From the NCBI GenBank assembly GCA_011170285.1, contig DUEE01000014.1, forward strand, positions 42,024 to 106,023: 64,000 bases of DNA, written 5' to 3'. The position numbers were made by a program, and so were the translations under genes. Shown here one piece after another: positions 61,488 through 64,000 of this stretch. The notes under the pieces were generated by a model. It was given only the letters and a program-made list of their open reading frames with translations, was not told the DNA's origin and ran no database searches. Position 1 is the stretch's first letter; every line of letters starts with the position of its first letter. This DNA is from Dehalococcoidia bacterium. GTDB lineage: Bacteria; Chloroflexota; Dehalococcoidia; Dehalococcoidales; W498.

Positions 61488-62129
61488 CTATTTAGGCTTA
61501 GTCTCCTTTTCCTGCCATAATTGTTGTGTAGTATGATTTATGACCCCGTAACTGAAGCCACGCCGCTTGAGGTATGCACCTAATCGGCGACGGAAACCCT
61601 GATAGTCAGCTAGGGATAAGCTACGAGCTTTACTTAGAGCTGCCCGATAGGCACTATGGTCATCGTCAACCGTATCAACCACTTGGTCTATGATGTCATT
61701 GGCTACACCTTTTCGCCTCAGCTCGAGCTTGGTTAGCCATCGGCTGCGTGGACTAAATGATTCCCGATTATCCTTCCAGAATTGGGCAAAGGTAACATCA
61801 TCCACCAACCCCTGTTCCTTTAGTTTGGCCATCACCGCCTCTATGCTGTCATCATCAAAACCCCGCCAGTAAAGTCGCTCCCTTAGCTCAGACTCGCTTC
61901 GAGGTCGGTAGCTGAGGTAATGGGCAGCAGCACTGAAGCAACGGTGGAAGTGGTCAGACCTAGCTAGTGCCGCAATCTGACCCAAAGATAGCTCCTGCTC
62001 AACATGTAGACCCTCTCTTATTACCACCTCAGCTTCTAGACTGAAAGCGAACCTGCCATCGAGGAATATATTTATCCGCTTTCCCCCAATCCTCCCGACG
62101 CGAATTGCAGTAATCTTGCTCATTAGCAT
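61488..62129 (-). CDS. recX: regulatory protein RecX
   Basis: LSYRPRSESEL, ELRRKGV, YLKRRGF; downstream of recA. Confidence 0.92.
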   Translation of the reverse strand: MLMSKITAIRVGRIGGKRINIFLDGRFAFSLEAEVVIREGLHVEQELSLGQIAALARSDHFHRCFSAAAHYLSYRPRSESELRERLYWRGFDDDSIEAVMAKLKEQGLVDDVTFAQFWKDNRESFSPRSRWLTKLELRRKGVANDIIDQVVDTVDDDHSAYRAALSKARSLSLADYQGFRRRLGAYLKRRGFSYGVINHTTQQLWQEKETKPK

Positions 62130-62143
62130 GCCCTTTCTAAGAC

Positions 62144-62170
62144 AAAAAGCCGGAGCTTGCGCCCCAGCCT
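62144..62170 (-). terminator. intrinsic terminator between recA and recX
   Basis: AGGCTGGGGC-GCAA-GCTCCGGCTT followed by a T run on the minus strand. Confidence 0.7.
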
Positions 62171-62220
62171 TACTTACTGTTACTACTTAACTAGTTGTTT
62201 AAAGTGCCATTAATTGCTGG

Positions 62221-63225
62221 CTAAGATTTAGTGCTGGTGACGGCTGAAGCTCTGATTTGTCGCTCAATTTCTTGAGCAAGCTCGGGATTCTGCCCCAGGT
62301 ATTGCTTGGTATTCTCCCTACCTTGCCCCAGGCGAATGTCACCATAGGAAAAAAAAGCGCCAGCCTTGCTTATTAGCCCCAACTCTACACCCACGTCTAT
62401 AAGATTACCCTCCATGCTTATTCCATGGTCAAACATGATATCAAACTCGGCACTTCTAAATGGCGGGGCAGTCTTATTTTTGACTACCTTAGCTCTAACA
62501 TGGCTGCCTACTGCCTCATTTCCCTGCTTGATAGTTTCAACTCGTCTTAAGTCTATCCTTATTGAGCTATAGAACTTCAAAGCCCTGCCCCCCGGTGTCA
62601 CCTCAGGGTTGCCGAAGATAATACCAACCTTTTCCCTTAACTGGTTGATGAATATTACCGCTGTCTGTGACTTACCAATAACGGCAGCTAGCTTTCTCAA
62701 TGCTTGTGACATTAGTCGAGCTTGTAAACCAACATGGGTATCCCCCATCTCTCCCTCAATTTCAGCCCTGGGGACTAAGGCAGCAACACTATCAATGACT
62801 ATGACATCAATAGCTCCGCTCCTGACTAGTGCTTCGGTAATCTCCAAAGCTTGCTCTCCAGTATCTGGCTGAGAGATGAGCAGGTCGTCAACATTAACAC
62901 CGCAGCGAGTGGCATAGACTGGGTCTAGGGCATGCTCAACATCAATATAGGCAGCCACTCCTCCTAGCTTTTGCGCTTCAGCAAGTACATGCTGACCTAA
63001 GGTAGTTTTCCCTGATGACTCGGGACCAAAAACTTCCGTAATCCGTCCTCTGGGGATACCTCCCACACCTAAGGCCAGGTCCAACGACAATGAGCCACTG
63101 GGTATAGCCTCCACTGGTGACTTAGCAGTCTCACCCAGCTTCATCACTGAGCCTTTACCAAATCGCTTTTCAATTTGGCTAATAGCCAGCTCCAGCGCCT
63201 TTTCTTTTTCTGTGGTTACATTCAC
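62221..63225 (-). CDS. recA: recombinase A
   Basis: [33 protein letters not shown]. Confidence 0.98.
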   Translation of the reverse strand: MNVTTEKEKALELAISQIEKRFGKGSVMKLGETAKSPVEAIPSGSLSLDLALGVGGIPRGRITEVFGPESSGKTTLGQHVLAEAQKLGGVAAYIDVEHALDPVYATRCGVNVDDLLISQPDTGEQALEITEALVRSGAIDVIVIDSVAALVPRAEIEGEMGDTHVGLQARLMSQALRKLAAVIGKSQTAVIFINQLREKVGIIFGNPEVTPGGRALKFYSSIRIDLRRVETIKQGNEAVGSHVRAKVVKNKTAPPFRSAEFDIMFDHGISMEGNLIDVGVELGLISKAGAFFSYGDIRLGQGRENTKQYLGQNPELAQEIERQIRASAVTSTKS

Positions 63226-63301
63226 CTGCTTATATCATAGCACAGATACCCAGGCAAAACAAGACAGAAAGTGAAATTACATATAAAGGGAGTAGCTAAG
63301 C

Positions 63302-64000
63302 CTAAAAGCTAGCCACTGGGGGGGGCAAGCGCTTGTGGTTACTGGCGGCTATCATAGACTCAATCCTCTCTCTCAATTCATTACTGGCTTCGCCGGTAAT
63401 CAAATAGCGATCGAGTTCATTATAACTGAGCCTCAGTTCACCCTCATCAGTTTGTCCTTGCCATAAACCAGCTGAGGGAGACTTGTCAATAATTTCCTGC
63501 GGAATACCTAGGAAGCGACCCAGTTCCTTTACCTGTCCTTTCACCAGACTGCCTAATGGCAGAATATCCACTCCGCCATCTCCATACTTAGTGAAGTAGC
63601 CGATGGACAGCTCACTCCTGTTACTTGAGCCCGCCACCATATATTTAAGCTGATTGGCAAAGTAGTAAAGGGTGAGCATTCTTAATCTAGGCTTGAGGTT
63701 GCCTTCAACTAACCGACTTATACCAGGGTCTACTCTATCACCAGTCAACGCTTTGAGCAAGGTATCAAAAACAGTATCAAGAACCACTGTTTTAATAGGG
63801 ATAGAAAACTTGCTAACCACAGTCCGGGCATGCTCCGCATCCTGCTGGCTGCTGTAGCAGGGTATTAGCACCCCCAATGTGCTTTGAGTAAAAGCGCATT
63901 GACATAATACCGCCAATACTGAGGAATCAAGTCCGCCACTTATGCCTACAACTACTCCTTTAGACCCGGCAGTTAGTACCTTATCCCTTATCCATGAAAT
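63302..64000 (-). CDS. nadE: NH3-dependent NAD synthetase (5' end outside the window)
   Basis: Frame stays open to the window edge: GISGGLDSS, NLKPRLRM, GYFTKYGDG, PSAGL. Confidence 0.93.
   Translation of the reverse strand: MSWIRDKVLTAGSKGVVVGISGGLDSSVLAVLCQCAFTQSTLGVLIPCYSSQQDAEHARTVVSKFSIPIKTVVLDTVFDTLLKALTGDRVDPGISRLVEGNLKPRLRMLTLYYFANQLKYMVAGSSNRSELSIGYFTKYGDGGVDILPLGSLVKGQVKELGRFLGIPQEIIDKSPSAGLWQGQTDEGELRLSYNELDRYLITGEASNELRERIESMIAASNHKRLPPPVASF

Overview
Core chromosomal segment, most likely from a Dehalococcoidia (Chloroflexota) bacterium. The assignment is inferred from the dnaA-obgE-nadD-gyrB-hisS-relA gene order, the absence of dnaN beside dnaA and of tuf after fusA, and a GAAC-N4-GTTC LexA box. 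The window spans the probable replication origin (dnaA-obgE spacer with DnaA boxes and a TAN-triplet run), gyrA/gyrB, a tRNA-Pro(CGG), an osmoprotectant ABC transporter, the whole str-S10-spc-alpha ribosomal cluster, and a nadE-recA-recX-rny-ymdB-plsY block. No CRISPR array, rRNA, integrase or transposase was seen. The least ordinary items are: (1) a strongly promoted tandem pair of small zinc-ribbon paralogs, each behind a conserved ~115-nt spacer and one with an ATT start; (2) an exact 12-mer AGAACATTAACA next to the -35 box of three unrelated promoters; (3) a 107-bp promoter duplication upstream of dnaA; (4) a lone OLD-type ATPase-TOPRIM nuclease between mazG and tRNA-Pro; (5) substitutions in conserved motifs of DnaA, GyrB and ObgE. 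All calls come from reading motifs by eye; no database searches were run.
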